Shown here one piece after another: positions 46,122 to 64,000 of a stretch of DNA of 64,000 nt (the stretch's first letter is position 1; each line of letters starts with the position of its first letter). The notes under the pieces were generated by a model. That model did not search any database. It saw only the letters and a list, made by a program, of their open reading frames with translations, and had not been told where the DNA came from. Position numbers and translations under genes: made by a program. Source of the stretch: Eledone cirrhosa. Its lineage: Eukaryota. Where the stretch lies: positions 1-64,000 of the forward strand of contig CAXHJY010000643.1 of NCBI GenBank assembly GCA_964016885.1. The letters are read 5' to 3'.

Positions 46122-48705
46122 TCTATATATATAAAATATTTTACACTACTCCGGAGTAACCAAACCAACCTGCGCACTTCGTCGAGTGCTCAAGTCTGCA
46201 TACTGAGGTGTTGGTATACAACCAACATAAACTCAAAATCTATATATATGTATATCCTGTTTATTTTCTATCTTCTCCCTTCAAGTCTTCCTTCATTTTA
46301 TTTTCAAATTTCTTTGGCGGTATACGATCAGCGTTTTTCTTGAATACTATGTAATGTATGTGGCTATGTAATGTGTGTACTATGTAATGTGTGTACTGTG
46401 TACTGTGTATATGTGTACTATGTAATGTATGTGGCTATGTAATGTGTGTATTGTGTACTGTGTAATGTATGTGGCTATGTTATGTGTGTACTATATGTGT
46501 GTGCTATGTAATGTGTGTGCTATGTAATGTGTGTACTGTGTAATGAGTATATTATGTATTGTGTGTGCTATGTAATGTGTGTACTATGTAATGTGTGTGC
46601 TATGTAATGTATGTGGCTATGTAACGTGTGTGCTATGTAATGTGTGTACTATGTATTGTGTGTACTGTGTAATGTGTGTACTATGTAATGTGTGTGATAT
46701 GTAATGTATGCGTGTGTTGTTTTGGTGTATGCTTCTGTTATGCTGTGTGTGTGAAAAGGTCCTGTATAATGCGTTATGTATGTGTGTATGTGGTTTTGGG
46801 AAGATGCATTGTATGTGTGTAATATAGTGTGTATATGTGTGGCTTTGTGTAATGTGTGTTTTGTGTCGTGTAGTATGTGTGTGAGTATGTATTGTACTGT
46901 ATGTGTGTATGTGTCACTATCTGTGTGTGTGAGAGAGAGTATGGATTGTACTGTATGTGGCACTATATGTGTGTGTATGTATCACTATGTGTGTGTGTGT
47001 GAGTATGTGTTGTACTGTATGTGTATGTATGTGTCACTATCTATCTGTGTATGTGTCACTATCTCTGGGTGTGTGTGTATGTGTGTATAGGTTCTGTGTA
47101 TACATAGCAATGTAGTGTGAAACAACATCAGTGCAGTTGTGTATGTGTGTGTGTGGTGTATATGTATGATTGTATATGTGTGTGTATGAGTGGTGCATGT
47201 TTGGGCGTGTTAGTGTGTGTATATGTGTATATATGTGTGTGAGTGGTGCATATTTGCGTATGTATGTGTGCAAGTGGTGCATATATATATATATGTGTGT
47301 GTGTGTGTGAGTTGTGCATGTTTCTGCATGTTTGTGTATATATGTGTGTATATGTGATTATATACGTATATATCTATATGTAAGTGGTGCATATGTATAT
47401 GTGTGAGTATATATATATATATATATGTGTGTGTGTCTTTAGTGAGTGCTGCATGTTTGCGCAAGTTAGTGTGTGTTATGTTAGTACATGTGTGTATGTG
47501 TGAGTTTTGCATGTATGTGTATGCTAGTGTTTGTATGTGTGTGTATATAGTGTATATATATGCGTGTATATGTGTATGTGTGTATATAACAGAAATAGAA
47601 TGAAATAAACTAAACGTTGGAAGAGGAAAACTATTAACAGGTAGGGTGTGTGTATGTATGTATATATATATGTATGTGTATATATATATGTGTGTGTGTA
47701 GTTGTTTATTGTATACGTCTGTGAGTGTGTGTGACAGTGTGTGAGAGTGTGTGTGTGTGTGTGAAGATGGTTGTAAACGGAATGTGTAAATGTGACAATA
47801 ACAGAAATTGAGGAAGTAGGGGTGAGGGGGTACGGATATAATGAGAGGGAGGAAGAGGATAAAAGTCACACTGGGAGAGAGAGTGTGATATAGAGACAGA
47901 GAGGGGGAGGGGCAGAGATAGTCAGTGAGGGAGACAGAGAGAGAGAGGAAGATAAAGATAAAAAAAAGCGGCAAAGATATTTTAATGCATGTCTGTGTGA
48001 TGGGTATGTGTGTGTGTAAGTGTGTGTGTCTAAGTGTGTGTAAGTGTGTCTAAGTGTGTGTAAGTGTCTGTAAGTTTGTAAGTGTGTGTGTATGTGTGAC
48101 TATGAGAATGCACTTATAAATGTGTTTATGTGTATATATATATATACATACATGTGTGCGTGTATACAATCACGTGTATATATAGACTCACACGTGTATA
48201 CCCTTGAAATTCTTTCTTTGTGTGTGTGTATATAGTGTATATATATATATTGTATATATATATATTGTATATATATATAGTGTATATATATATAGTGTAT
48301 ATATATATATTGTATATATATATATAGTGTGTATATATATTGTGTATATATATTGTATATATATATTGTATATATATATTGTATATATATATTGTATATA
48401 TATATTGTATATATATATTGTATATATATATTGTATATATATATTGTATATATATAGTGTATATATATATAGTGTATATATATATAGTGTATATATATAT
48501 AGTGTATATATATATAGTGTATATATATATATAGTGTATATATATATATAGTGTATATATATATAGTGTGTATATATATATAGTGCATATATATATAGTG
48601 TCTATATATATAGTGGATATTCTTTTGTTTCATCCTCACAGATTAATGTCCTTGTTAGATATATAAACGTATGCATATAATATGAACAACATACATACAT
48701 GTGTT

Positions 48706-48738
<33 letters not shown>

Positions 48739-48746
48739 ATATATAT

Positions 48747-49033
48747 ACGATATATTAACAAATGGAAACTATATTTATAAAACCATATTTATTTCATTAT
48801 ACATATTTCAAGGACACCAAGTTAAATTATGGTGTGCTTTCATCAGATAAAATATAATATAGATCAGTTTTATAAATAAATATTGACATACCCTTAAAGA
48901 ATGCGACCATTTCTTTTGGAAGCTCCCGGATAGATTATCCGGGAGCTTTTTTTACTCCAATAATTTGTTGAGTGCTTTATATCAGTTATAAAATATTTGC
49001 TTTTTGTATCCCAACAATTTAAATAGAACTTCT

Positions 49034-49035
<2 letters not shown>
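48747..49035 (+). mobile_element. Family A copy: inverted 5' part, short hairpin, forward 3' tail; hammerhead on - strand 48792-48852
   Basis: Near identity to 2071-2250 then to 2435-2522; junction hairpin AGCTCCCGGATA-GAT-TATCCGGGAGCT; same outer breakpoint ACGATATATT as the 2071 copy. Confidence 0.85.
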
Positions 49036-49039
<4 letters not shown>

Positions 49040-49099
<60 letters not shown>

Positions 49100-50209
49100 T
49101 TTATATATATATATATATGTTATATATATATGTTATATAAATATATATATATATATATATATGTTATACATATATATATATATATATATGTTATATATAT
49201 ATATATATGTTATACATATATATATATATATATATATGTTATACATATATATATATATATATGTGTGTTAATATATATATATATATATGTTATATATATA
49301 TATATGTTATACATATATATATATATATATATGTTATATATATATGTTATATATATATATATATATATATGTTATACATATATATATATATGTTATACAC
49401 ATATATATATATTATACACATATATATATATTATATATATATATGTTATATATATATATGTTATATATATATATATATGTTATATATATATATATATGTT
49501 ATATATATATATATATGTTATATATATATATATATGTTATATATATATATATATGTTATATATATATATGTTATATATATATATATATATATATGTTATA
49601 TATATATATGTTATATATATATGTTATATATATATATATATATGTTATACACATATATATATGTTATATATATATGTTATATATATATATATATATGTTA
49701 TACACATATATATATATTATATATATATATATGTTATATATATATATGTTATATATATATATATGTTATATATATATATATGTTATATATATATATAATA
49801 TATATATATATGTTTTATATATATATATATATGTTATATATATATATATATATTATATATATATATATTATATATATATATATTATATATATATATATGT
49901 TATATATATATATGTTATATATATATATTATATATATATATATATGTTATATATATATATATGTTATATATATATGTTCACCGACATCCAGAGTTGACAT
50001 TGCACTCAGTGCTCCTTTGGGAGCCCCTACATGGACACACTAGAAGAGGAAGACCAAGGTTAACATATGTTGATGCCCTAAGGACAGACACTGGTCTGTT
50101 GGAGACGCAGGACATGGCAGCGATAATGAGGGACAGAGCCTGCTGGAGAGAACTCGTCCATGGATCTCGGGAATTTTACCCGCCTTAGATAGAGATAGAT
50201 ATATATATG

Positions 50210-50246
<37 letters not shown>

Positions 50247-50265
50247 ATATATATATATATATATG

Positions 50266-50300
<35 letters not shown>

Positions 50301-50319
50301 ATATATATATATATATATG

Positions 50320-50354
<35 letters not shown>

Positions 50355-50373
50355 ATATATATATATATATATG

Positions 50374-50414
<41 letters not shown>

Positions 50415-50433
50415 ATATATATATATATATATG

Positions 50434-50468
<35 letters not shown>

Positions 50469-50510
50469 ATATATATATATATATATATGTTATATATATA
50501 TATATATATG

Positions 50511-50555
<45 letters not shown>

Positions 50556-50576
50556 ATATATATATATATATATATG

Positions 50577-50643
<67 letters not shown>

Positions 50644-50980
50644 ATATATATATATATATATATATGTTATATATATATATATATATATATATGTTATATA
50701 TATATATATATATATATGTTATATATATATATATATATATATGTTATATATATATATATATATATATATGTTATATATATATATATATATATATATGTTA
50801 TATATATATATATATATATATATGTTATATATATATATATATATATATGTTATATATATATATATATATATATATGTTATATATATATATATATATATAT
50901 GTTATATATATATATATATATATATATGTTATATATATATATATATATATATGTTATATATATATATATATATATATATG

Positions 50981-51037
<57 letters not shown>

Positions 51038-51077
51038 ATATATATATATATATATAATATATATGTAATTATCTACA

Positions 51078-51116
<39 letters not shown>

Positions 51117-51156
51117 ATATATATATATATATATAATATATATGTAATTATCTACA

Positions 51157-51217
<61 letters not shown>

Positions 51218-51220
51218 ATA
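49040..51220. repeat. (TA)n array interrupted by GT, split by an RTE insertion
   Basis: Direct inspection. Confidence 0.95.
49976..50200 (+). mobile_element. RTE-clade LINE 3' end
   Basis: HRHPEL..VLLWEPLHGHTRRGRPRLTYVD..MRDRACWR; (TAGA) tail; same family as 18151. Confidence 0.9.
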
Positions 51221-51947
51221 GGAGTGTGTATCTGTGTATGAGTGTGTATATATTAGATATAGGAGTATGTGTACGTGTGTGTGTGAAGTCATCAGGTATA
51301 AAATGAGTCATGTTATGGTGTAATTAGACAAACATGTAATCTATCAATACTTTCCCTGTGCCGGTGTATAGGGGTGTATATATATGTGTATTAATGGGTA
51401 TATATATATATATATATGTGTGTGCGTGTGTATGTGTGCATATATATATGTGTGTATGTGTATACATGGGTATATATGTGTGTGTGTGTGTGTGTATGTG
51501 TGTGTGTGTGTGCATATATATATATGTGTGTATGTGTGCAGATATATGTGTATACATGCGTGTATACATGTCTTCGTATGTATATATGTCTGTATGTATG
51601 TGTGCATATATATATATATATGTGTGTGTGTATGTATGTGTGCATATATATATGTGTATGTGTGTGTATGTATGTGTGCATATATATATGCACACGTATG
51701 TATGTGTGCAGATATGTGTATACATGCGTGTATACATGTCTTCTTATGTATGTATATGTGTGTGTCTGTATATGTGTGTGTGTGTGTGTGTATGTATATG
51801 TGTATGCGGGGTATCTATGCATGTGTCTATTAGTGTGTGTTAACATCTTGTGTGCGGATGGAACATGGCGCGTGTGCGTGAGTCAGAAACATGCCGGATC
51901 CATGTATACCCCCTCTCTCTCTATATACCCCCTCTCTCTATCTCTCA

Positions 51948-51978
<31 letters not shown>

Positions 51979-52149
51979 TCTCTCTCTCACTCTCTCTCTC
52001 TCTCACTCTCTCTCTCACTCTCTCTCTCTCTCTCTTTCTTTATCTCACTCTCTCTCTATATATATATATATCCCTTTGTCATATGCATATATATATATAC
52101 ATATATAGGGTGTTATTAGTTAAGACTTACATACAAAACATACGTATAC

Positions 52150-52217
<68 letters not shown>

Positions 52218-52283
52218 TTATAATCATCGTAAGGAGATCTTGTTTATACTCTCAAAATTCGAGTGTTTTCTCATTTAATTTTA

Positions 52284-52322
<39 letters not shown>

Positions 52323-52638
52323 TCAAAAACTGTGTGCATATACACATCATGTATAGGTATATATGTATGTAGAAGTGTGTATATGCATACACTCTCGCTA
52401 CACGTCTAATCAGAGGAGTATGAATTTATATATCTCGTTCTCAAGAAGACAATTGCACAAACGTTGATCGAAAAAAAAAAAAATTCTATATACCAACTAA
52501 CATACATTTACTACTATACACCATACTATATTTACTACTATACCACCATACTATATTACTACTATACACCATGCTATATTTACTACTATACCCCATACTA
52601 TATATATATATATGTGTGTGTGTATATATATGTGTGTT

Positions 52639-52674
<36 letters not shown>

Positions 52675-52949
52675 CATAATATATTATATTGAATTGGAAG
52701 ATTTTATCGTGACATTGACTAAAAAAGCTAGTCTAATAATAACGGCGTGTTTAAAGCCACTGAATAGAACGGAAGAAGGTGGTGCACGTTGAAATATTCC
52801 AGTTCTATTTTCAAATTCCGCCGCTTTCTAAGCAGACATTCTTTATACAATGTTCTAATAGTGGTTATGGCTACCTTTAACACTTTGGTAAACCTATACT
52901 TTGGGCAGACAATATGATTGATAATTTTGCTTATTAATCAATATTTCGA

Positions 52950-56300
<3,351 letters not shown>

Positions 56301-56421
56301 GTGGTGAGAAAGGAGAGAGCGTGGCTGGGCCGTAGCCAACGGCCCACATTTTTTCAGAAGCCCCAAAAAACATCATCATAATTATTTTTATTATTATTAT
56401 GCCCTGCTGAAATCTTCAGCC

Positions 56422-56469
<48 letters not shown>

Positions 56470-56649
56470 TGTGGAGGGGTGGGGCAATGCAAGCTTAGCC
56501 CCCACCCTCGAGAAATTGTACACATTGGCACTAAAAGTCTACGAGACACTTTATGCTGACTTAAGAAGCGGTGAATGTTGTTGGTTATAAAGTGTGTTTA
56601 TATTTACTACAATATATACACCTCCTCGGCTTAGCTGGGTGTGTAATAC

Positions 56650-56709
<60 letters not shown>

Positions 56710-56990
56710 ACGTAAGTGTAGTAAAGCACATTTATATTTGTACGTTGCCTCCCACGCATAGCACTATATATATATATTGGTGCTAATAATAGTGGTGGTA
56801 GTAGTAGTAGTAGGAATACCACTACTACTGCTGTTGCTACTACTACTAATAATACATAATGATATTTGTCATTAGTCGTGGTTATTTGTCAGTGGTGGTG
56901 GTGGTGGTGGTGTCAGTAGTGGTGGTGTTAGTAGTACATATTGGTTCCTGTAGTGTCAGATATTTTTCAGCACTTTGCACCATATGTATC

Positions 56991-57049
<59 letters not shown>

Positions 57050-57067
57050 TATATATATATATATATA

Positions 57068-57275
57068 TGTGGGTTGGTTGAGAAGTTCATGGGCTGACCA
57101 AGATACTCTCATGGAATGACCAAAAGAGGTTTATTTACTTTTCTACAACATAGTCTCTCTAGAAAGAAACAATACAGTTATTAACAAGAAGATTTGAAAC
57201 TAATGTCATGCAAGATTTCACAGCTCTAGCATCACTCTTTCCTAACCATCCTATGAACTCTTCAGCTGCCCCTCG
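57068..57275. mobile_element. Mariner-type MITE
   Basis: Imperfect TIRs TA|TGTGGGTTGGTTGAGAAGTTCAT ... ATGAACTCTTCAGCTGCCCCTCG|TA with TA TSD. Confidence 0.7.
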
Positions 57276-57758
57276 TATGTGGTCCAATTCGCCATCGAAA
57301 TTACTAATCCTTCTTCTCTAACTATAAACATGTCTTTCTGGTTATATAACAATATGTTAGAACAAATTACCAGGAATCCGTGGGAAAATTATTTCTAATA
57401 AAACTCGTCCTTGGTTGTGAAATTATTGACAACCGTTCATTGTTCTAAAAGTATTCTAGACCAGAGTTCTAAGTAGGAGTAATAGCCCCTATGGCAGGCA
57501 GTGATATTGTGACCCTGCCCAGAGAAAATAACTAGGGAAAATAGCTCCTATGGCAGGTAGTGAAATTGTACCCCTACCCAGCACTGTATGTTTACCTATG
57601 GAGGTCTAATAATTTATATAAATGGTTTAATGATCCAGCCACCATAGTGTTCTCACCCATGATAGAGACAGATCATACATCTGAAGGAGTTTCTTTATTC
57701 ACTCTCCAACGAGGTTTATTTGACTTTAAACTTTTGACAATAAACTTTTCAACCGACC

Positions 57759-57805
<47 letters not shown>

Positions 57806-57888
57806 TATATATATATACACATACTTATAAACATATATATATATACTTATATACACACATATATATATACATATATAGTAAGGTGCAT

Positions 57889-57957
<69 letters not shown>

Positions 57958-58199
57958 GAAAGAGAAACATGTTTATAGTTAGAGAAGATTTGTTTGGTCA
58001 TAGATTCTTTTCTTGACCTCTGATTGACCTCTTAATATAATCCTTGACCACCCATCTCTTGACAACCCATCCCTTGACAACCCATTCCTGATAGACCTCC
58101 AAATAGAATCAGTCCCCTTCCCAATACCTGGTATGTACAAAAATAAATTAGTGAATAAATAAATAAATAAACAGCTGACACCCTCCGTAAGATCTGAAT

Positions 58200-58680
58200 G
58201 ACCATCTGAGGAAGTATCCCCCCACGAGGTGGGGTGGGTGTTGAAGCCGGTGTCGCTGGTCATTGTGGTCCTAGGGCCAAGGACCAGAAGCCGGTGGTGG
58301 TGAGTAGGGAGGTGGTCCTAGGATCAAGGACGCCTGAAACCGATGGTGGTGAGTAGGGAGGTGATTCTGGGGCCAAGGACACCAGAAGCTGATGGTGGTG
58401 AGTAGGGAGGGGGTCCTAGGGCAAGGACATCAGAAGCCGATGGTGACGAGTAGGGAGGGGGTCCTAGGGCAAGGACACCAGAGGTCGATGGTGGTAAGTA
58501 GGGGGGGTCCAAGGGCCTAGGACACCAGAGGTCAATGGTGGTAAGTAGGGGAGTGGTCGTACGGCTAAGCACACCAGAAGTTTCCACAGCTACGGGCTCG
58601 ACTGCAAACCTGTCAGAGAGCGAACAACATTTGGAGAGTTTACCCTCCTCGGCCCGAAGTGCAGCAGAACCTGGATTAGT
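58200..58680 (-). mobile_element. CRE-like non-LTR retrotransposon remnant (restriction-like endonuclease C-terminus)
   Basis: NPGSAALRAEEGKLSKCCSLSDRFAVEPVAVETSGVL fits E..K..KY..L...F.P.AVET.G. Confidence 0.75.
58267..58580. repeat. ~48-bp GC-rich minisatellite, ~7 copies
   Basis: Unit GGTCCTAGGGCCAAGGACACCAGAAGCCGATGGTGGTGAGTAGGGAGG. Confidence 0.9.
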
Positions 58681-58909
58681 CTGTTAACTGTTTAACTATC
58701 AACTATAAACACTAATGATCTTATAAATCGGAAACCTGTATAAGCAAGTTGTATTTTTATTGTTTTATCTCCGTCCACTTCTCTCACAAGTGTCGGATTT
58801 TCGGGCCAAAAGTTCACTTGACCAACTGAGAGCAGTCAGTCGCATTGCCATTGAACGTGGCCGGTATCGACCAGCTTGGGTACATCTGCACTAAATACAT
58901 AGGCTGTTA

Positions 58910-60062
58910 GTAGTATAGTATAGTGTGGTATGGTATAGTAGGGTATAGTATAGTACAGTACAGTATAGTACAGTGTAGTGCAGTATGGTGTGGTATGGTA
59001 TAGTAGGGTATAGTATAGTACAGTACAGTATAGTACAGTGTAGTACAGTATAGTATGGTATGGTATGGTATAGTGTAGTATAGTATGGGATAGTATAGTA
59101 TAGTATTGTATAGTACAGTATAGTATAGTACAGTATAGTATAGTATGGTATGGTTATGGTATGGTATAGTATAGTACAGTATAGTACAGTACAGTATAGT
59201 ATAGTACAATATAGTATAGTATAGTACAATATAGTATAGTACAGTATAGTATAGTATAGTATAATATAGTATAGTATAGTATGGTATGGTATAGTATAGT
59301 ATAGTATATTACAATATAGCATAGTATAGTACAGTATAGTATAGTACAGTATAGTATAGTACAGTATAGTATAGTACAGTATAGTATAGTACAATATAGT
59401 ATAGTATAGTATAGTACAGTATAGTATAGTACAGTACAGTATAGTATAGTACAATATAGTATAGTATAGTATAGTACAGTATAGTATAGTACAGTACAGT
59501 ATAGTATAGTACAATATAGTATAGTATAGTACAGTATAGTATAGTATAGTACAATATAGTATAGTATAGTACAGTATAGTATAGTACAGTATAGTATAGT
59601 ATAGTATGGTATGGTATAGTATGGTATGGTATAGTATAGTATGGTATGGTATAGTATAGTATATTACAATATAGTATAGTATAGTACAGTATAGTATAGT
59701 ACAGTATAGTATAGTACAGTATAGTATAGTATAGTATAGTATAGTACAGTATAGTACAGTACAGTATAGTATAGTACAATATAGTATAGTATAGTATAGT
59801 ATAGTATAGTACAATATAGTATAGTATAGTACAGTATAGTATAGTATGGTATGGTATAGTATAGTATAGTATAGTACAGTACAGTATAGTATAGTACAGT
59901 ACAGTATAGTATAGTACAGTACAGTATAGTATAGTATAGTATAATATAGTATAGTATAGTATAGTACAATATAGTATAGTATAGTACAGTATAGTATAGT
60001 ACAGTATAGTATAGTACAGTATAGTATAGTATAGTATAGTATAGTATAGTATAGTATAGTAT
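58910..60062. repeat. (TAGTA)n pentamer satellite
   Basis: Direct inspection. Confidence 0.95.
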
Positions 60063-61424
60063 GGACCCGTAATTCCTGAAGGAACCGTAGAGGGCGCTAT
60101 ATCAACATACAGCGTTTCTAGGACACTGTTAGGTGTTTCAGTTGTTATTCTTTAAGTCTGAGAGGTATGTGGGGGAGGGGGGTTCCAGCGTTCTTGGCCC
60201 CCTGGACCTACTGGCTGCTATCGGGTTAGGGCGGGGGGGAGTAGAGGTAGCTACCCGCAAGTTCGAGGCCCACCAGGTGGAGTGAGGTTGTCCCAGCACC
60301 TCTCCTTAGCCAATAATTCCGAGGGCAAAGTCTTCTCCTCCTACCTGTCGGCCATTGGGACCACGAGGCCGGCTGACCCTTAAACAGTGAGTGGTATATA
60401 CTGGTCTCACACACACACACACATACTACACCTATATACACACATACACACACTCGCATACTTTCACACTCACACCTATATACATACATACATACATACA
60501 CACTCACACTCTGACACACATACTCACACCTATATACACACTCTCACACACTCTCACACACTCTCACACACTCTCACACACTCACACACTCTCACATACT
60601 CTCACACACTCTCACACACTCACACATACTCTCACACACTCTCACATACTCTCACACACTCTCACATACTCTCACACACTCACACATACTCTCACACACT
60701 CTCACACACTCTCACATACTCTCACATACCCTCACACACTCACACACTCTCACACATAGAAAGAGAGAGAGAGAGAATATTATTTCATGTGTATAATTCC
60801 CATATATAAACAAAAATAATATCAGTCAATATAAACATTATTCTCTCTTTCTCTCGCTCTCGCTCTCTCTCTCTCTCTCTCTCTCGCTTTCGCTCTCGCT
60901 CTCGCTCTCTCTCTTTCGTTATTCTCACAGAATAACAACCTAGGAAACGAGGGATTGTAGCTTTAGGGTTAGAATTAGGGTTAGGGCTCTTGGGTGTGTT
61001 TTATTTTATTTTATTTGTATGTTTGGTAGTTCTGAAGGAAGGGTCTTATGCGCTGCCTATAATATGTTGTTAGCTCCGAAAAAAGAGGCCATGCTAGCTC
61101 AGAAGGAAAGAGGCCTATGCTATGCCCATAACATTTTGCTAGGTCTGAAAGAAAGGGGCCCACGCTATGCCCATAACATTTTGGCGCCCAATTGTGTAGT
61201 CAAATATTAGGATCAGGTCACTGTCTCCCGTCCCAGTCGTCTCAGAATCCCCCCCTCCCCCAACAAGGGTCGTATCTACTTGCCCTTCTTCCCCTATCGA
61301 TTGCTGACAGATTTGGGGTAGAACTCGTCGAATAGGACCAAGGAAATAATGTTTCCATTGGTCTTGTCATTGTTGATATTATCCATTGGTCGTAATTGTT
61401 GGTAAATCTGTTACAAATCATTCA

Positions 61425-61585
61425 CTGACATTATCAAGCCTTATCTCTACAGACAGGTTGTCTCCTCTCTCTATTCTACCGCAACTACAACGGTCTCTGC
61501 TCCTCAGAACTGGTGGTCTCCTACTATCACCACCTCAGTCTCTGGACCACAGACAGATTATCTCACCTTTCCATATCTACCACTA
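61425..61585 (+). pseudogene. CR1/Jockey-like LINE ORF2 C-terminal fragment
   Basis: SPLSLFYRNYNGLCSSEL. Confidence 0.6.
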
Positions 61586-61640
61586 TATATAGCGGAGTTT
61601 TAAATAAACCTGAATCAACTGAATATGGCCTTCGATCTTT

Positions 61641-61745
61641 TGCCGAGGTTAACTTTGCCTTTCATCCTTACGGGATCGATAAAATAAAGTACCAGTAATA
61701 CACTGGGGTAATTGCTGGCCTTGTGCCAAATGTAGAAACAATTAA
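61641..61745 (+). mobile_element. 5'-truncated SINE, same family
   Basis: GCCGAGGTTAACTTTGCCTTTCATCC..TTGCTGGCCTTGTGCC. Confidence 0.8.
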
Positions 61746-61765
61746 TATATACATATATATATATA

Positions 61766-61850
61766 TTATCCCGGGTTCAATCGGGGGCTTCCTGATGATT
61801 TCTCCCGAATGAAACAGTTCTAGTGCTGTAGAAGCCTTTCTATATTAAAC
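61766..61850 (+). mobile_element. Family G element with hammerhead 61786-61836, preceded by an inverted piece of its own 3' end
   Basis: GGCTTC CTGATGA TTTC TCCC GAAT GAAA CAG TTCTAGTG CTG TA|GAAGCC; 61766-61784 is the RC of the family end seen at ~25842-25860. Confidence 0.82.
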
Positions 61851-62169
61851 ATATATATATATACTACCACTATCACCACACCACCACCTCTACCTCAATC
61901 AACGCCATCATCACCACTACCATCACCATCTCTACCACCAACACCACCATCACCACTACCACCACCACCACTATCTCCTCCTCCCACCACCACCACTATC
62001 TCCTCCTCCCACCACCACCACTATCTCCTCCTCCCACCACCACCACTATCGCCTCCTCCCACCACCACCACTATCATCTATTCAAATCAAGACAACTTCC
62101 TCTCCCATCGATAAAACCATCTTACTGTTAACTGTCGGCATCCAAACACACACATACACACACACACAT

Positions 62170-62218
<49 letters not shown>

Positions 62219-62223
62219 TACAT

Positions 62224-62254
<31 letters not shown>

Positions 62255-62608
62255 TACACACACACACATACACACACACACATATATACACACACACACA
62301 TACACATACACACACACATACATTCACATACACACACATACATTCACATACACACACACATAAACATACATATGCACAACGTATATATGTGCATACATAC
62401 ATACATACATACATACATACATACACATATAAATATGTGCATTGACGCATACATACATATATATATATATGCAACAAACATAGATGTATAATTATGCACA
62501 CCTATATTCTTCATATACACACATGTACGCATGCAAAATGACATTTATGTATACATGTATGTTTATATATATTTGCTCATATATATTTGCACACATACAC
62601 ACACACAT

Positions 62609-62644
<36 letters not shown>

Positions 62645-62734
62645 TGAAAAATTGAACGGGAACAAAACAGAGAGGCAGTACGAACAAAGGTTTATTAGTT
62701 TCACGCTTTTGAGAGTGGGGTGGTGGTGGGGAAC

Positions 62735-62762
62735 GACGTTTCGGGCATAAGCCCTTCTTCAA
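62735..62762 (-). ncRNA. Hammerhead-like motif at truncated end of a Penelope-like fragment (~62645-62762)
   Basis: TTGAAGA A GGGC TTAT GCCC GAAA CG TC; stem I lost at the (TA)n junction. Confidence 0.55.
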
Positions 62763-63621
62763 ATATATATATATGTATGTATGTATAGTGCATGCAAGTG
62801 GTAATACTAATACGTATTATACATAAACACTCACTCCATTTAACTATGAGATGAGACTAGATGTTATTATAAAGCTTAACAAAACAGTCCCTAGTGCATT
62901 ACAGGTACAGATAATTGATTATATGAAATACTGTTCTGTCAGGCAGCTACTGTAGCAATGTTGATTGAAAGGGGTGGCTATGGCCGGTGTAGTGGTTCGC
63001 CAAACGACACCGGTAAGGTAATATTTGAACACACAGTGAACGAGAGAACGACCAGCTAGTAAAACAAAAGACTGGAATACACAAGGCCGGCTGTCTGATA
63101 GCTCCGCCCTCTTACAACAGACTCCGTACTACAGGGACATGTGTTAAGGTGTGTGTAGATATGTGTGTGTTTGTGTGTATACATGCACACACATTATATA
63201 TATATATACACATACATTATATATATATATATACACAGACATTATATATATATATGCACACGCAGATAAATACATCAACTAATTGCAAATACATAAATGT
63301 GCGTATGTGTTTTGAATGCATGTATGTGTGTGTGTGTGTGTGTACATATATATATGTATATATGTGTGTGTGTACATATATATACATATATGTGTGTGTA
63401 CATATATATATACATGTGTGTGTGTGTACATATATAAACGTGTGTGTGTGTGTGTACATATATATATATATATACATGTGTGTGTGTGTACATATATATA
63501 CATGTGTGTGTGTGTACATATATATATATGTGTGTATGTGTACATATATATACATATACGTGTGTGTGGGTGTGACCACACAAGGATTTATATATAGAGA
63601 GATAATGATGGATAGATAGAT

Positions 63622-63670
<49 letters not shown>

Positions 63671-63819
63671 AAAAACATGGGGAGAAGAATACTGCATGGT
63701 TGCACATGGATTACATATTATAAAATTAGTCCCTCATCAGTGATTTGCCAACGATCATTGGTATTTCATCGCATTATTTATATATATATATATATATATA
63801 AATATATGTGTGTACACCT

Positions 63820-63872
<53 letters not shown>

Positions 63873-64000
63873 GTGTGTATAATACATATATGCATGAATA
63901 TTTTCTTGTGCAAAGACGCTGGGCAGTTGCCCGGGGGTCCCACGAGGATAGGGGACCCATTTGTATTTTTATTCCTGTGAGTGGTTGTGTAGGTAGGGGC

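Noticed and set aside
58267-58580. CRISPR-like periodic repeat
   Set aside because: Contiguous tandem units with no unique spacers and no cas genes; eukaryotic context
60963-60986. TTAGGG telomere-like repeats
   Set aside because: Only about four imperfect units inside a probable small repeat element

Overview
Eukaryotic (animal) non-coding DNA, very rich in microsatellites ((TA)n, (TG)n, (TAGA)n, (TAGTA)n, (CAC)n). The SINE body and repeat landscape look like a coleoid cephalopod, probably Octopus (inference). No intact host gene, rRNA, true tRNA or CRISPR array is supportable, and nearly all ORF-track entries are translated microsatellites. Recognisable mobile DNA: a Tx1/L1-like LINE with its RT deleted, stacked behind other LINE 3' ends in (TATC)n; RTE fragments, one with a 5' inversion and TSD; two ~600 bp RTE-like non-autonomous copies; tRNA-headed SINEs; Tigger, mariner-MITE, CRE and CR1-like remnants. 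Main observation: at least eight distinct families of short (100-530 bp) non-coding elements carry type I minimal hammerhead ribozyme motifs (CUGAnGA-stem II-GAAA-often palindromic stem III-UH, often followed by AATAAA). They sit in (TA)n tracts and often form fold-backs (inverted arm + forward copy + 80-90 bp tail) with breakpoints shared between copies. This resembles a radiation of Penelope-like pLTR-only, retrozyme-like elements. All folds were derived by hand.
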